Below the pieces are notes generated by a model. That model saw only the letters and a list, made by a program, of their open reading frames with translations. It had not been told where the DNA came from and did no database searches. Positions 1-13,567 of a stretch of DNA of 64,000 nt are shown here, piece by piece. Source of the stretch: Podarcis tiliguerta (taxonomy: Eukaryota). Position 1 is the stretch's first letter. Each line of letters begins with the position of its first letter. The position numbers and the translations under genes are program-made. The stretch lies in the NCBI GenBank assembly GCA_965153285.1, contig OZ229118.1; one strand, given 5' to 3'.

Positions 1-1230
1 CACATGGTGTCACATGAGTCCAACAGATGCCCCGTTCTGACAACCTCTGATGCTAGACTTGGGTCAGAACCATGTTTGTAGCAGAGGTATCTGCAATTTC
101 TACACTATTCAACAGGCAAGCCAATTTCAAACAGAAAACGGTTAGCCTATTAAAGCTGTGTGGAAGACTGCAATAGATAGTGCAAAGTTTCCTTGGGTAC
201 CCATATGCATACATTTATAGAACTGCACCCTTTCACTGTGTGACACCATACTAAATATTATCCTGTTACACAAATAGTTCATTTTTAGCAGATACTGGTA
301 TCTGTAGAAACATAATAGACATAAACATAATTCAAGGAAGCACTACAGGTTTCACAAGAATGCAAACAAAAATTGTAAAACAAAATCCTTTATTAAGAGG
401 TAGGCAAGACACCGATTTCAGCATTCTGTTTCCCTGCATCATTATTCCATGTGAAAATGATCGTAATTAGGAATTCAGATCTTCAATTCTGTTAATACAA
501 AATATTTCAGTGCAATACTACATTACGACTGTGCTTACTAATTGTTGTTCCAACTGTATGTGTGGGGAAAGGTGCTTCCCCCTCAAAAGTTGAAGTGTTA
601 TAAGGAAAATTTGAGAACCCCTTTATTTTTCAGCTGAAATAAAGCAGCTGTATTTCTATCTGATCTCCTAATGTTCTTAAATGAATTTAGCAGTTCCATT
701 TGGAGATACAGTAATGGAAATCACCTATGTTAAAAAACAAAATTAACTTAAGTTTATTGTGCCAACTTGAGTACTTTTACACATTAAAACTGGAATTTCT
801 CCAACTCTGCTTGTGGTTTTCACTTGTATTGCTTATATTTAATTGTATTGCATCTCATTATATCAGTGTTTTTATTCCATTCTCTTCAGCATCGGAAATA
901 GCTATTTCTGGGAAGCCAAATCGGCATTTTCATGAAGCCAGGGAAAGCCGCAATACAGTAGCAGACAATTATTTCCATCTATAAAGTCTGGAGTTCAGTT
1001 GGCTTGCCCCGTTCACAGCATTTCAAGCTTCATGGCTGTGGAAAACTTGACATCCCAGTTAGTTATTGATAAACAAAACTAAGCTAGCTAGATAAATATA
1101 ATGCAGTTATGTACATAAAATGGGACAGTTATGTTGCAAGAATGTAAAAAGTCCCAAACAGACTTGGAAGTTTAGTTGGGAATTTCTACCGCAGGAAGGT
1201 TGTGGTTTGTTTTTTTAATAAAAAATTGTA

Positions 1231-1425
1231 ATTTATGTATTGCATTTATATCCCACCCTTTTCTCCAAGGCGCTCTAGGTGGCATACATGGTTCTCCTCC
1301 CCCCCATTTAATCCCCCCAGCAACAACCCTATGAAGTAGGTTAGGCTGAGAGACAGTAGCTGGCCCAAGGTCACCCAGTGTGCTTCATAGCCAAGTGGGG
1401 ATTTAAATCCTTCTCCTCTAAGCTC
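1231..1425 (-). mobile_element. Older Squam3/CORE-type SINE, 5' truncated
   Basis: TGGCCCAAGGTCACCCAG core shared with the 9928 copy; A-rich tail. Confidence 0.75.
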
Positions 1426-1868
1426 CACCCATTCCAATTCTTTTTGCGGTCTCCCAAGCCAATTTCCATACCCTTCCGGAGGACCCCTAAAAACCTCCAA
1501 AACAGATTTTGGGAAGGTACAGAGTGCTTTGGGTATTTGCAAAAATCACCTCCCCGCCCCCTTCCCTCTGGCAAGAGTGACTTGTCCAAATAAGGCTTGC
1601 TTCTATAAATTATTTAAGATCAGGTCTTTTTAACTGCAGCATCGCCAGCAATGACAAAACTGAACTCATGTTACAAATTACTTAATGATGGATACAAATC
1701 AGATGACTAAGGGGTGTGCTGGTACTATAGAGCCGTTCCTAATAAAGGCCTATGTTTTATTCATCTAGTTTTTACCAGTTTAATCCTGAAGGCATTATCT
1801 GTGATTAAGAGAATGCTGAACAGTGTCAGGTTCCACTGTTCACTACATAAGACAAAGAGTTGCAAGTA

Positions 1869-2131
1869 CAGTGGTACCTCACAAGACGAATGCCTTGGAA
1901 GACGAAAAACTTGCAAGACGAAAGAGTTTTCCGTTTTCTGAGTTGCTTCGCAAGACGGATTTCCCTATGGGCTTGCTTCGCAAGACGAAACGTCTTGCGC
2001 CTTTTTTTTTAAACCGCCAATGCATTCCTATGGGAAACCGTCAATACACAGTGGTGCTTCGCAAGACGAAAAAACTCGTAGAACGAAAAAACTTGCAGAA
2101 CGAATTAATTTTGTCTTGCGAGGCACCACTC
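1869..2131. mobile_element. Tc1/mariner (pogo/Tigger-like) MITE, family A copy 1
   Basis: TA-flanked, TIR CAGTGGTACCTC...GAGGCACCACT; near-identical to 16270-16535. Confidence 0.88.
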
Positions 2132-2949
2132 TAAATATATTTCCATGGCCAGCAATGAAACAGAGCCTAGAATGCATTCATGTTACTCACTTCCTGGATC
2201 GGAGCCATCAAAATTATTTTGGAATGGTCTTATTTGGTCATTCTTTTTAGGGCTAATCAGAAATCACATTCTCATTCTTTGCATAACGAAGTCTGAAAAG
2301 CACTCAAAATTATAGGTGGTATTCTCTGCTTGTCTCTACTCAAAGTAGAAACATTGATGTTAACGGACATCTTTAACTTGGGTTCATTCGTTTCAAAGTA
2401 TCTACCCTGAGTGAGAGAAACAGTGAATACAACCCTCCAAATAATGGATGGTTTTGGAAATACGCCAAAAATAATAATAATGTTGTTTTTTAAAAAAAAT
2501 ATTCAGAAAGGCAATTGATTTGGCAGCAGAAGAAAACCACACAAGATTTTGTAATAGTAAATATATTTCTAATGGGCCGAAATGCCTCTCTACACATCTT
2601 ACAGCTTGTGCATTTAGGAGGGAAAGAGCACACTGAACTGCACTCAATTCTATTTATAACACACTCTCTAGGCATGTTTAGCTATTTCTTCTGGACAAAA
2701 CCAGGAGCCTTCTACCACAAATGGCAAATTAGGGCTCCTTCTTCCAGAAATATTTTGCAACAAGCTACCTAAAATAAGTTGTATGAATTAAACTTGGAAA
2801 CTGCACCTGAAATCACATCTCATTTATATTAAATTTTAATTAAGGTTTTAAAATACAAGTTCATTCCGTGTGGAATACTATGTTAACGCGAGCAAAGCAG
2901 TGCTTCCTGTGATACAAGGTAAAATGCCTACAGATTTCCATTTGTAATG

Positions 2950-3191
2950 TTAAGCTTGCGTTTGGGCTGCCTCTGAGCTGGAAGGAGCATCTTGCTCTTC
3001 TTGCACACCAGAGGATGCCTCTTCAACAGGCGATTCGTCTTCTCTCTGTGCTTCTGCAGATTCAGTGTGCTTTTCATTTTGTACTTCCGATTCACCAGTA
3101 GTTACTGCTGCAGTCTCTTCTTCAACTGCATCCTTTACTTCTTCACTTGCATCAGTAGTTTCGTTTGCTTCTGTTTCATCGTTTTCTAAGG
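2950..3191 (-). CDS. MGARP: MGARP coding exon 4 (acidic tail)
   Basis: Glu-rich LENDETEANETTDASEE...AQTQA*; phase-1 acceptor AATGAAG| with upstream GGCTAAC branch site. Confidence 0.8.
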
Positions 3192-6100
3192 CTTCATTTA
3201 ACATAACAGAGAAATCATGAAGCACAAACATGCAATGTGAAACAGGTTAGCCTGTTACCTTGTTAATATGTGAAAAGAATATATAGCTTGAAGCAAAGGA
3301 TTACTATGAAGTACATAACAAAACAAACAGAAACATGCTACAATAACAGAGAATTATTTATAAATGTACAGCAGTTAAAGACTGCAGCCATCGGGAGGGA
3401 AATGGCAAGGATGCCATTGAAAAGAGGCTCCGTTCATGTTCATATTATATGTTTAATATATGAATGATATTATTAAAGCCAACCTTAATAGGCTGCTATG
3501 TTTAGAAGCTGCTGTGGAGCATAGCATCATGCTATAGAGATGCAAATTAAGAAACAGCAAAAACAAATCTGCTCAGGCCACAGGTCAAACTATACTATCA
3601 CCTAGATGAAAGAGCAGTTTGTGTATACAGGAACAGTATTGTCATACTTGAAGTCCTGAAATGCAATGAATTCTCTGTCCTTTTCACCTGGAGGAAATGG
3701 CTCTGCACATTCCTTCTACTGAAGTAGATCGCAAGCCAACCACTTTGAGGGTTTTTGTTATTTTACAAGCAAGCGGTATAGAAATAAGAAATAAATTGTA
3801 GGTTTGATGTGAATGTTTAAACTGCTGCAAACGTAAAAAATACCAAAATGCAGGAATAAGACCAAAATGCAAGAATAAGACATGTGCTATTTGTGAGCCC
3901 AGTTTTCCCCCGTTCATGAATTGCCATTCCATTATTATCCGTCTTTTTGTAATAAATGCTGAAGTCCACTGAAACAGAAATGCACACCACAGCCTAGAAA
4001 CCAGAGGACATGTTTTCAAACAGGGATTGTAACATTCTAGGTAAGAAGGCGTGGAAATGAAGATGTAATTGAGCAGGCACAGCACCACACAGATGAGAAC
4101 AGTGACCCACAAGCTTTGTTAGCTGACAGACAGCAGCCCAACTGGCAAACAAAGCTGAGGAGAAATTAACAGGCAATGACATGCAAAGATAGGTATGTGA
4201 ACAAAGGGAGAGAGACACTGTCAGGTTTAATAATGATTGGCTACAAAGAATATAATTAATTATTTGATGTGATCAAAACATCCAAATATTATCTAAGTTT
4301 GTACTGAGAAGTAGGTATTTCGTTTACCCTTGATAGTAACATGAATAGGGGCAATTATTTTAAGTTTTTGGTTTACGTCACATCATTCTCTTATGTATTG
4401 GTACAGCAATGTGTTTTTAAGACTTGAATAAATTGACTTTTAAACAGATCCAGCTCCTCTTTTTCCTGCTAAAACAGAGACCATACTACCCAACTGTGTC
4501 CCTCTATGGGATATAACAAATTTCTAGAAAACTAACCTGTTCACACAAAACACAGATTGACAAGCAAGATAAGTGTTCAGGACCCTTTATTGGACAGTCA
4601 ATTACAAGTGTATTAATTCAAATCAGCCAGTGTCTTAAGAGTGCCAAGTTATCTTCTATAGGATGTATTTAAGTTGTGTTTTATCTTGGCCTTGAAAAGA
4701 TATAATTATTGGGGAGTATTCTCACAAAAATGGAGTTCTATAAGAGATGGTTTTCTCAAGTTTGGCTGCGAAGTATACAACGATGGACTGTCCTTAAAAA
4801 AATTAATTCCTCGGTTTTGGAAAGATTTCCTTTGTATTTTATTCTGAAAGTGTAAAAGCAGAGGAACAATTAGAAAGATTTAAATACAACCTTTCTAGTT
4901 CAAGAAAGATTAATACAGCAAAGGAGATCAGAAACAAGATTAAGAGAAGGAAACAGAAATTGGAACAAGAAATTGCATGAACACACTCAGAAAATTGCAA
5001 AAACTGGAACGTTAGCGTACACTATAAACACCATTTTGGAATTTTGCAGGTTATTTCTATTAACATTTCCCCATTCAGTTCAATGTCAAAGAGCTGCTTC
5101 ACAACAAAAAACCATGGGTTTGCCTTTGAGTGCACACCTAACAGGAAGCTTCGGCATGCAGTATTTTTTCTGTGATACCCATGTTTGTCACATACATTTT
5201 ACAATTTTGAGTGTACACTTAACACATTATAGGTGTACAGCTGAAAAAAATATAACGTGTGAAGTAGCCTAAAGTCTTCTGCTGAGAGGTTAGAGGTTTT
5301 GTCTAAAAAATTTTTTAAAAAGGAAAGTATAGAACAAGTTATGGGTTTTCCAAATCATAGGTGAATTTGAAAGGCATCACAATATTTTAAAAACTTGAGG
5401 GAAATCTAATGCTTGCTTTTCTGAATGTTTCATTTGTTAAGATAGTTTAAGCATACAATTTAGATGGAGGTAAGGTCATTTATGAAAGGCAATAAAGGGC
5501 CAGGGAAGGAAGAATATCAAATAGCCTGCACTCTTCTCATGACAAGGAACATGAAAAGAAGGCAGAAAGACAAGAGGAGAGAAAAATAGCATGTAACCTA
5601 TAAATTAATAGTTTTCAAAACCCAAACATATCATTCAATATAATTTTTTTAAAAGGGGGTGGGACAAAAACCAGGTCAGGTAAATGCAATTTGATTGCAT
5701 TCATTGCGTCTAGGTAGGGAAAAGAAAAGCAGCTACATGTGTTGGGTGAGATCCAACAGTGCACATTTTTCAGAGAACAGAAACCGTTGGGGGAACAGGT
5801 ACTCCCTGGAGGGTTTTAGGGGACCCTTCAGAAAAGATTTGAGGTTCACAGGGGGCTGGAGAGAGGAGGAAAGGAAAAAGAAGCGTGCTCATGTAACAGT
5901 GGATAGTGCCCAGGTAGTCTGAGGATGCGTTCAGTGGCTGAGCTGATAGCTATTTGTAATGTCTAGCCCTGTAACTGCAATCTTAGGCAGCAATCCTTTG
6001 CGTACTTCCCTGGGAATAAGTCTCACTATACACACAAAAAACTTATTTCTGAATAAATATGCACAGGAGCAAACTGTTTAGAATTTAACTGTGTTGGAAG

Positions 6101-9100
6101 TACTATTGCATTAACTTACTAGGCAATCCTATACATGCCTACTTAAAAATACATCCTATGTAGAGCTTACTCTCAGGAAACTGGGTATAGGGTCACAGCC
6201 TTCTAAACATTCCTTCATCCCTAAGATGAAACAGCTTCCATCAAAGAAACAGAGCCTAACTCACGGACTATTCAGTGAGATTAATTAATAGAATTTCACA
6301 TTTCTATATACTCAGCAGCACTATCTTAATGATCCTTCGGTATGAACTGTATGAGTGAAAACATGTTGGTTCATTCCTGAGTTAAGCCACAGTTCAAACT
6401 GAGTTCCATCTATATACCTTCTTAGTTATTTCATACTGAAATATTTTCATTTATTTAAAATATTAAGCAAATTATAGACATAAAAGCAGTCATTTCAGGA
6501 AGCCATTTGGCAGTGCTCATTTAGTTATAATAAGCAGTACTAGAAAACAATTCCCTGGGTTTTGTGTATAGAATTTCCCCCATCAATGACTTAGCTGAGC
6601 ACTATATTCAGAGTTTTCTGAAATTCCTGAGCCATCAAGCTGCTGACTGACTGGAATTATGATCTCAAACAAAACCACTTCTGTAATTTTAGTGATATGA
6701 GTTCTGTATTTAGTTATCTTTCACTAAACATTCAACCTTCAGTGCTTTATATTTTTTCTCTGTGATGCTTAATGAAATCTTTTTTAAAAAAACAACAACA
6801 ACCCCAAACTATGTGTTACATGAACTGAATCACTTTCAGGAGTGTCTTTGCATTTTCTTTGCAACAAAATGATCAAATGTATCTGAGCAAACTAACAATC
6901 ATGGGTGTAGCCAAGTGCGGCAGCTGCCCCTCCCCCCAATCATGTAAATCAATAAAAATACTTAACTAACTGAAGTTCTTGGGGCCCTCAACATAAAGTC
7001 TGCCTCCCTAACATAAATCCTGGCTATGCCCATGGTAACAGTAGCAATGTATGCATACATAGCATATAAACCTTGCAACCAATAATATTCTAGACCCAGG
7101 AGGCACTAAATTAGAACCATTGTAGTCCTGTCAAAAATAATTAAATTAAACAGAACTCTGATTCATAGCCATGTAAAGTCTAACATAAAGTTCAACAGAT
7201 TAGCAGCTTCTATATTTCCACCCCCCCCCTACTCCTATCTTTGCTGTTTAAAAAAAACAAAACAAAATGTCCTTAAGACAATTAAGTTAGAAGTATCATT
7301 TGTAAATGCATAAATTCTCAACTTACACTGAGGAGGCCACGGTTTTGGTTTCCATTCTGCTACAGTTCTTTGCTGCATATCACTGATACGTTCGTTGTAC
7401 CTGGATTTGTCAGACGTAACCGTTCTGTAGGCCTAAAAATAATAATTGCACTTATCTCCATATGCCAAGACTGTGTTCTTTGCTTTTCCTATTAATGTTT
7501 ATAGTTTGCAAAAATAATACATATCATCAAGGGGGGGAAATGAACCAAATCCCACATAATCTGTAGCTCCACCCACTTCCATTTAGGGAATGCTTGCAAT
7601 GTCAGAACATGGGACAGAAAAAAACAAACCAATAATCTATACAAAACTGTTCACATAAAGTTCAGGTTGGGGGGGGGGGAAACAATTGTGACATTATTGA
7701 CCAAGGGACAGGTGGGGGAAATGACTACATAGCATTCCAGATTATAATGTGGAGGTGGACTTCTACCACTTTCTTTGTACTTATAAACATAATCAAGTTG
7801 CACCAATCAATGAAGATTGTGTCTTTCTTATATTCCATGTAAGACTCTCAGCTTTTACTAACTCTTCCATAAATGCAATAAATGCAAAACAAAAACACTG
7901 TGCTACAAATAATCCAGCATGTCAACTTTTAGATCTTTCTAGTGCTTACTCCAAGGCTAGTTTCTAAAGGGCCTCTTAAGCACATGGAAACACTGTTGTG
8001 CGTATATTTAGTTTTGGCATGAATGGGCAGTCTCCAAATAACTCATACTCTGATTTGCTCCTCTCTACTAGATAAAGTGTCCTTTCTTTTTTTTTACTAG
8101 TTGGCTTCTTGCACTGCGTTAAAGTCACTTTCCAAGGTCTCCCAAATTCCAGGATTTGCTTTTCAGCCAACATGATATTGGAGGGTTTTTTTGAGTAAAA
8201 TGTGTAAAGATCGCAGTGAGTATTTTTATATATAGGCTAGCCTTTTTAATGAATAAGGTCAGATTAAACATTAACGATCAAACGTAATTGCTTATAGCCA
8301 AAAGCCACTGCAAACCAGGAATAAAATAAGAACAAACACAGATCATAAATAAAGATTAATAAAACATATAAACTCTGTCACCAAAATACAGTATATGAAT
8401 ATATGTATACAAACACAGGAATGTTAATAAATTTCCTTTAATAGGTTAAAATGAGAGATAAAAATATATAAATTAAACTGTAACACCCTATTCTAGCTTT
8501 ATAAAAATTATATCAAAGTATTTAAGGTTTGATTAAAGCCCTCTTCAGAATACTAAAATCAGATGAAATGCTCTATTAATTAGAGTCAGATTCAAAGTTC
8601 TATTAAGAGCGACAACACATTGACCTGGCTTGCATATCACGCTCAGCCAAGCCATGGCTTAGCAAAAATGTATAAGCTCTCAGGCAGCAGCTGCTTGTTT
8701 TGCTGCTGCACTCAGCTAAGCGATGGTTTCATATGTTATATGAACCTGGGGCCTCTTGGGCACCTGGGGCAGTGCGCCCAGGAGCGAGGCGAACTACCCA
8801 TAAGGGTGGGACAGGGGGCGCAGTGCCCATAGGGACGGGATGGGCGGCACCCATAGAGACAGGACGGGACACATGGCGCCCATAGGGATGGGGAGAGTGC
8901 CACAGGGCCTCAGCCACCCTACAGCTGGGGGGGGGGGAGGCAGTTGGCAGACAGTGTGGAGTCTGCGGGCGCCAGAGACACGTGGCTTGGGCAAGCTGCA
9001 GGCCCCACGGTGAATGCCGCCTGCCATTTTGTCACCCCCCCCCAGTGGTGACACCCGAGGTGCACCTACCGCACCCCCTGGCTATGCCCCTGAACCTGGG

Positions 9101-9751
9101 CTCATGAGTTAGCTCTGTGGACAAACCATGAACTAGTGGACAATCCTTGCTTTCAGTTCACGGTTAGTCTAGAGAGAGCTAACCCATGGGCCTGAGCTCG
9201 TGGCATACTAAACTGAGTCTAACTCCTCTTGTTTCTGAGTTTTATTGGTGTAACTCAGAAGATAAGCCATTTTTGGCTTACAACAAGTGCAGCACAACAG
9301 CAGAATGATGGGCGAGGATTGCCTCTCTGAAAGCTTGCACATTTTCACTAAGCCATGGTTACTACATTAAAGGTAAGGTTAAGGCAATGTAAGACTGTTG
9401 TTTGTATTTTATTTTCTGTTTGCTTAAACAGGTAGAAATGTTATAGTATAACCTTACAAAAAGTTTTATGGCATATCTTCTACTATTTATTTAGCCAATG
9501 TTTGCGATAACATTTTGACGACTAGTGTTATTTTTGTAATAAAACTTATGATAGCAATAAACAATAGTTAAACAAGCACTGCTATTCAAACATATATTAC
9601 TTAGAATTAAGCTCCATTGATATCATTTCCAAGTTCTGAAAATCAAAGCCAAAATGTGTAGCAACTAATGAAGAGTAGACAAAGACAACTGAATGCTTGA
9701 TTCAGCTGGTTAATCTCCTAGGTACTAGTTAGAAGAGATGAATAACATATT

Positions 9752-9795
<44 letters not shown>

Positions 9796-12700
9796 AAATA
9801 TTAAAATATTGCATTCCTGAGTGGTGGGAAGTAGTACAAAGCTCATTTCCTTTGGTTGGAAGAATGTTTTGGTGTCCATTTACTACATTTACATATTGAG
9901 AAGGTAGAACAGGTAGGATCAGACAGTAGAAGAAGAAGAGTTTGGATTTGATATCCCGTCTTTCACTCCCTTTAAGGAGTCTCAAAGCGGCTAACATTCT
10001 CCTTTCCCTTCCTCCCCCACAACAAACACTCTGTGAGGTGAGTGGGGCTGAGAGACTTCAAAGAAGTGTGACTGGCCCAAGGTCACCCAGCAGCTGCATG
10101 TGGAGGAGCGGAGACGCGAACCCAGTTCCCCAGATTACGAGTCTACCGCTCTTAACCACTACACCACACTGGCTCTCAACAGTAGGAACAATTAGTGTAA
10201 GCATCAAACTATACATGACAACGAGTTCATGCAGCCTTTTCCCCATGATTTTTTATGTTGGTTTGTTTTGTTACACAATCCATAGCTATGGATGATGCAA
10301 TCTTAAGTTAAATAGCTGCATGGGACTGGGGAGCATAACTGTTCCCAGCACCAACACACATACTGGTCCCCTGCTTGAGATGCAGGCTCTTTGAATTCAT
10401 CGTATTGATTGAACAAACTTTACAATTATTATTTCTAATGGCCATCTTTGACACGAAGACTATACTAGAACTGCCACTGACATTTGCTTCCAATTTCCAA
10501 GAAAACTTTTCTTGGAAAACTATCCTAAAACCCATCTATTGCTGTGTACAATCACCTTGACATTTAGGATATGTCTAATATTAACTTTAAGTTGTCATCA
10601 TTGAAATAAGAAGGATTTACTTCTAGTAAATGTGCATAGCCTTGGCCTGTAGTTCTAGTATTTTCTTTCTGGGTAAATCTAGTTTCGCAGTCTGCTTTGA
10701 CAGGGAAATGTGCATTAATATTACTGCATTATAGCAATAAGCAGAAACAAGTCACCCAACCCCAGTAAAGACTCCAGCTTTATCATCAAAAAGTTTATCA
10801 TCAAGAAGTTATTTTGGAATGGAGCACTCTCACAATCATTACTTATTTTCCCCCTTAAAATTTAGACATAAATTTAGTCCATAAAATAAGAGGTGAGCGA
10901 CTTGTTGCCTCTCCCCATTTGTTGTTGAACTCCAGTTCCCATCAATTCCAGCCATCATGGTCAATGATCAGGAATGATAGGAGTTATAGTTCAGCAATAT
11001 CTGGAAGGCTGTAAATTCCCACCTCTGCCGTAAAATGTTGGATTAAACACTTGACTTTTGCAACACAACCCAATGTACGTCTACCCAAATCCCATTAGTT
11101 CAATGAGGATTATTTCTAGGTAAGCAGGTATGTATAGGATTTTGGTCTCAAAGTCAGCAGCTTGCTACCAGAAAACATTGTAAGTGAAGTTCCAACTTAA
11201 ATTTTGGTTTGACTACATTATCATTTCTCTGTCCTGTTGAGAAGACTGGGAGTTTTTGGACAATGTAAACAGATGTGTAAAGAAAGCACTCACTAAAAAA
11301 CCTCCTGCTGCAGCAGCACCAGCAACGAGCAGATAATAAATAAAGTTCTCCCCAGAAGATCCAGGAACGCTTCCAGATGACATCTGGCGGAAAGGTGCTT
11401 CAAAAACGAAAGGTATAATATTAGTGATAATACTAAAAATACAAAACAAAACAGTAAGCTCAACATGCTGTAATTGAGATAATCTAGAGATCTTTTTAAA
11501 GAAATGTATCAGCTACAAATCTCATAATGTAAGATAAAGACAGGATCAATAGTTCTTTCGATCATACAAAGCCACTGTTGCACTTAGCATTTTCATAAGT
11601 TATTGGTAATAGATCAAACCGACCTATTAACAGGAGAAGCAGTTGTTAACACTGTCCAGAGCCTTCCCTAGCCCTACCTGGAGACACTCAGATCTTCAGC
11701 ATGCAAAACATGTACTCTACCACTGAGCTAGTCTTTCCCCATAACATGATGTCCTTTCACATGAGAAGGTGAATCCCAGGAAAAGATTCTGCACCTGATG
11801 AATGGCACAGAGTAACCAGGTAATACAAAGTGGAAATATAATTTTGAGACATGCTTAATGTGGACTTGAATATGCTGACCAGAATGAAGTTTAAGCCAGG
11901 TGTTCATTTGTTTTTTGAATTGGGCATGATAAATCAGTTGGTTACAGCACGGTGCTGAGAACACCAAGGTTTCAGGTTTGATCCCCGTATGGGATGGCTG
12001 CATATTCCTGTGTCGCAGGGGGCTGAACTAGATGATCCTCAGGTTCTCTTCCAATTCTATGATTCTATGATAACACAAATGTTTTAAAAAGGATGGACAT
12101 GGATTTTTCTCCCTTGCTCCAAAGAGTTTCTCTAATCTAACCATCTTGTCTTGGAATTAATAATGTAAGATACCTGAGTGCCTCATGACACAGTCCCTAC
12201 CGCAATGCCCCATATAAGCACTCCTGTTTTTTCAATCAATAAATGGTGCAGATGTAAACTACATTGTTTTGGGAGAAATGTGGCATCTTCTTTCAAGACA
12301 GAACTTCTACTACTGCATTCCTACATTACACAAGTCACACTATTATATAACTAGGAAAAATGCACAGTCATGTGGAATATGGCCATACACTCCTATTTGA
12401 TGTCAGTAATGGGGCTACAACCTTCCCCTATCCCACTGCCCAGGCCATTTCTTAACATGTGTATAGCATTTTAAGTATATGCTTGTCAAACCTAATAACA
12501 AACAAACAATGGAAGCACCAATCTGACTCTTGCCAATTCACAAAACTTTCAGGGAAGAAATCCTGCTTGGACAAAATATCCTCAAACAGTCATCTGTCCC
12601 ACTGACACCCTCAGTATTAAAGAGCAGTGTGGCTATCTCACCTGCAGCACCGCTAATCCAAATCCATCCCCTGAGGGCAAAACAGACTACTAGACATAGA

Positions 12701-13567
12701 TATGGGCTAGTATAACCAGTGTACAGTCCTTAACTAGCAGGATCCATCTTTCTAACCTAGAAAGGCCCAGATCGCTCCTCGCGGATAAGAACCTGCACTG
12801 TGCAGATAGAGGACGGATTATTTTAGGAGCAGAATCAGCAAGTTCTCGCCAGTTTGTGCTACCTCAGCCACATTCACATGCCCAGTAAGAAGGGAAATCA
12901 CCAACCCTTTATTAATTTTCCCCGGACTCTCCCTCTCCAACACCCTGCGCCGTTTTCTCTCCCTTTAGCCTGAATTTCTGTCAGCTGCTTACACACTGGC
13001 CCGGGGTGATTCTGGTGGTCATCTGGTTGTCATCTTTTCCCCTCCGGTAAACAGTCCCACCCTGTTCTCCACTAGTCAAAATAACTTCGGAGGGGAAACA
13101 GAAAAACACAAGAGGCTCTGGTGGCTTTCTTCTCCTCCCACCCCGGGCTTAAAATGCATCTGCTGGTGCTGCTGCTCCGCCGCCAGGAAGAGCCTCCTGG
13201 GTCTCGCCGATGCCGAGGGGCTGGGCGAACGCGAAGCGGCTCTCCTGAGTGCCAGGAGCCGCGTCCTCTCGGCTCCCCTCCATTGCCTCAGCGCCGTGAC
13301 CTTCGCGTCTCCTTTCCCAGGCAGCCAACGCAAACACCGGCGCCCTCAACCTCTGCGCGCCCTCCTCGCCCAGCAGAGCCACGCGGCTCGTCACCAGCCC
13401 CAAGCTCCTCGCCTCGGCGTGCTTCTGGGGGGCTTTTTCGACGGCGCAGCCACGCGCGCGACCCCTCCACCCCCCCCCCCAAACTCACCGTGTCCGCGGA
13501 CGAAGGGGGCAGCCCCTTGCGTGAGGCGGCGGACCAGAGGGCGCCACGCGAAGCTGCAGAGGTGCAT
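2950..13567 (-). CDS. MGARP: Mitochondria-localized glutamic acid-rich protein; CDS join(13489..13567, 11294..11397, 7327..7432, 2950..3191), 531 nt, 176 aa
   Basis: Kozak GCCGCCACCATG; Arg-rich presequence MHLCSFAWRPLVRRL; RQMSSGSVPGSSGENFIYYLLV motif plus TM segment; Glu-rich C-terminus; GT-AG junctions in phases 1,0,1; position next to NDUFC1 as in other vertebrates. Confidence 0.9.
6900..7034. mobile_element. Short hAT-type MITE
   Basis: TIR CATGGGTGTAGCCA / TGGCTATGCCCATG; 8-bp flanks CTAACAAT/GTAACAGT. Confidence 0.7.
7327..7432 (-). CDS. MGARP: MGARP coding exon 3
   Basis: acceptor TTTTTAG|, AYRTVTSDKSRYNERISDMQQRTVAEWKPKPWPPQ, donor GTAAGT; not in ORF track. Confidence 0.9.
8751..9092. 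mobile_element. GC-rich non-autonomous DNA element with internal minisatellite
   Basis: right end CTGGCTATGCCCCTG like the 6900 TIR; four CCCATAG/CCCATAA-containing repeats; TGAACCTGGG on both sides. Confidence 0.6.
9757..9793. repeat. (TG)18 microsatellite
   Basis: direct reading. Confidence 0.97.
9928..10177 (-). mobile_element. Full-length tRNA-derived squamate SINE (Squam3-like, lacertid type)
   Basis: head GAGCCAGTGTGGTGTAGTGG (A box)...GGTTCGCGTCTCC (B box), CORE-like GGGTGACCTTGGGCCAGTCAC, (TCT)n tail, ACAGTAG direct repeat on both sides. Confidence 0.85.
11294..11397 (-). CDS. MGARP: MGARP coding exon 2
   Basis: acceptor TTTTTGAAG|, APFRQMSSGSVPGSSGENFIYYLLVAGAAAAGGFL, donor GTGAGT. 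Confidence 0.92.
11922..12070 (+). mobile_element. tRNA-Ile-derived SINE with CR1 3' tail
   Basis: head resembles tRNA-Ile (TCAGTTGGTTA.AGC..GGTGCT.A.AAC.CCAAGGT...GATCCCCGTA); tail CTTCCAATTCTATGATTCTATGA. Confidence 0.75.

Noticed and set aside
1869-2131. Regularly recurring GCAAGACG motifs resembling a CRISPR-like array
   Set aside because: Repeats are short, irregularly spaced, lie within TIRs in eukaryotic DNA, and the spacers are the same in the second copy
1823-2134. Similar ORFs at 1823-2134 and 16272-16538 that look like paralogous small genes
   Set aside because: Both are translations of the same non-coding MITE
3684-4218. 142-aa and 74-aa minus-strand ORFs in MGARP intron 3
   Set aside because: No recognisable domain, non-ATG starts, no convincing splice flanks; non-coding conservation cannot be judged without alignments
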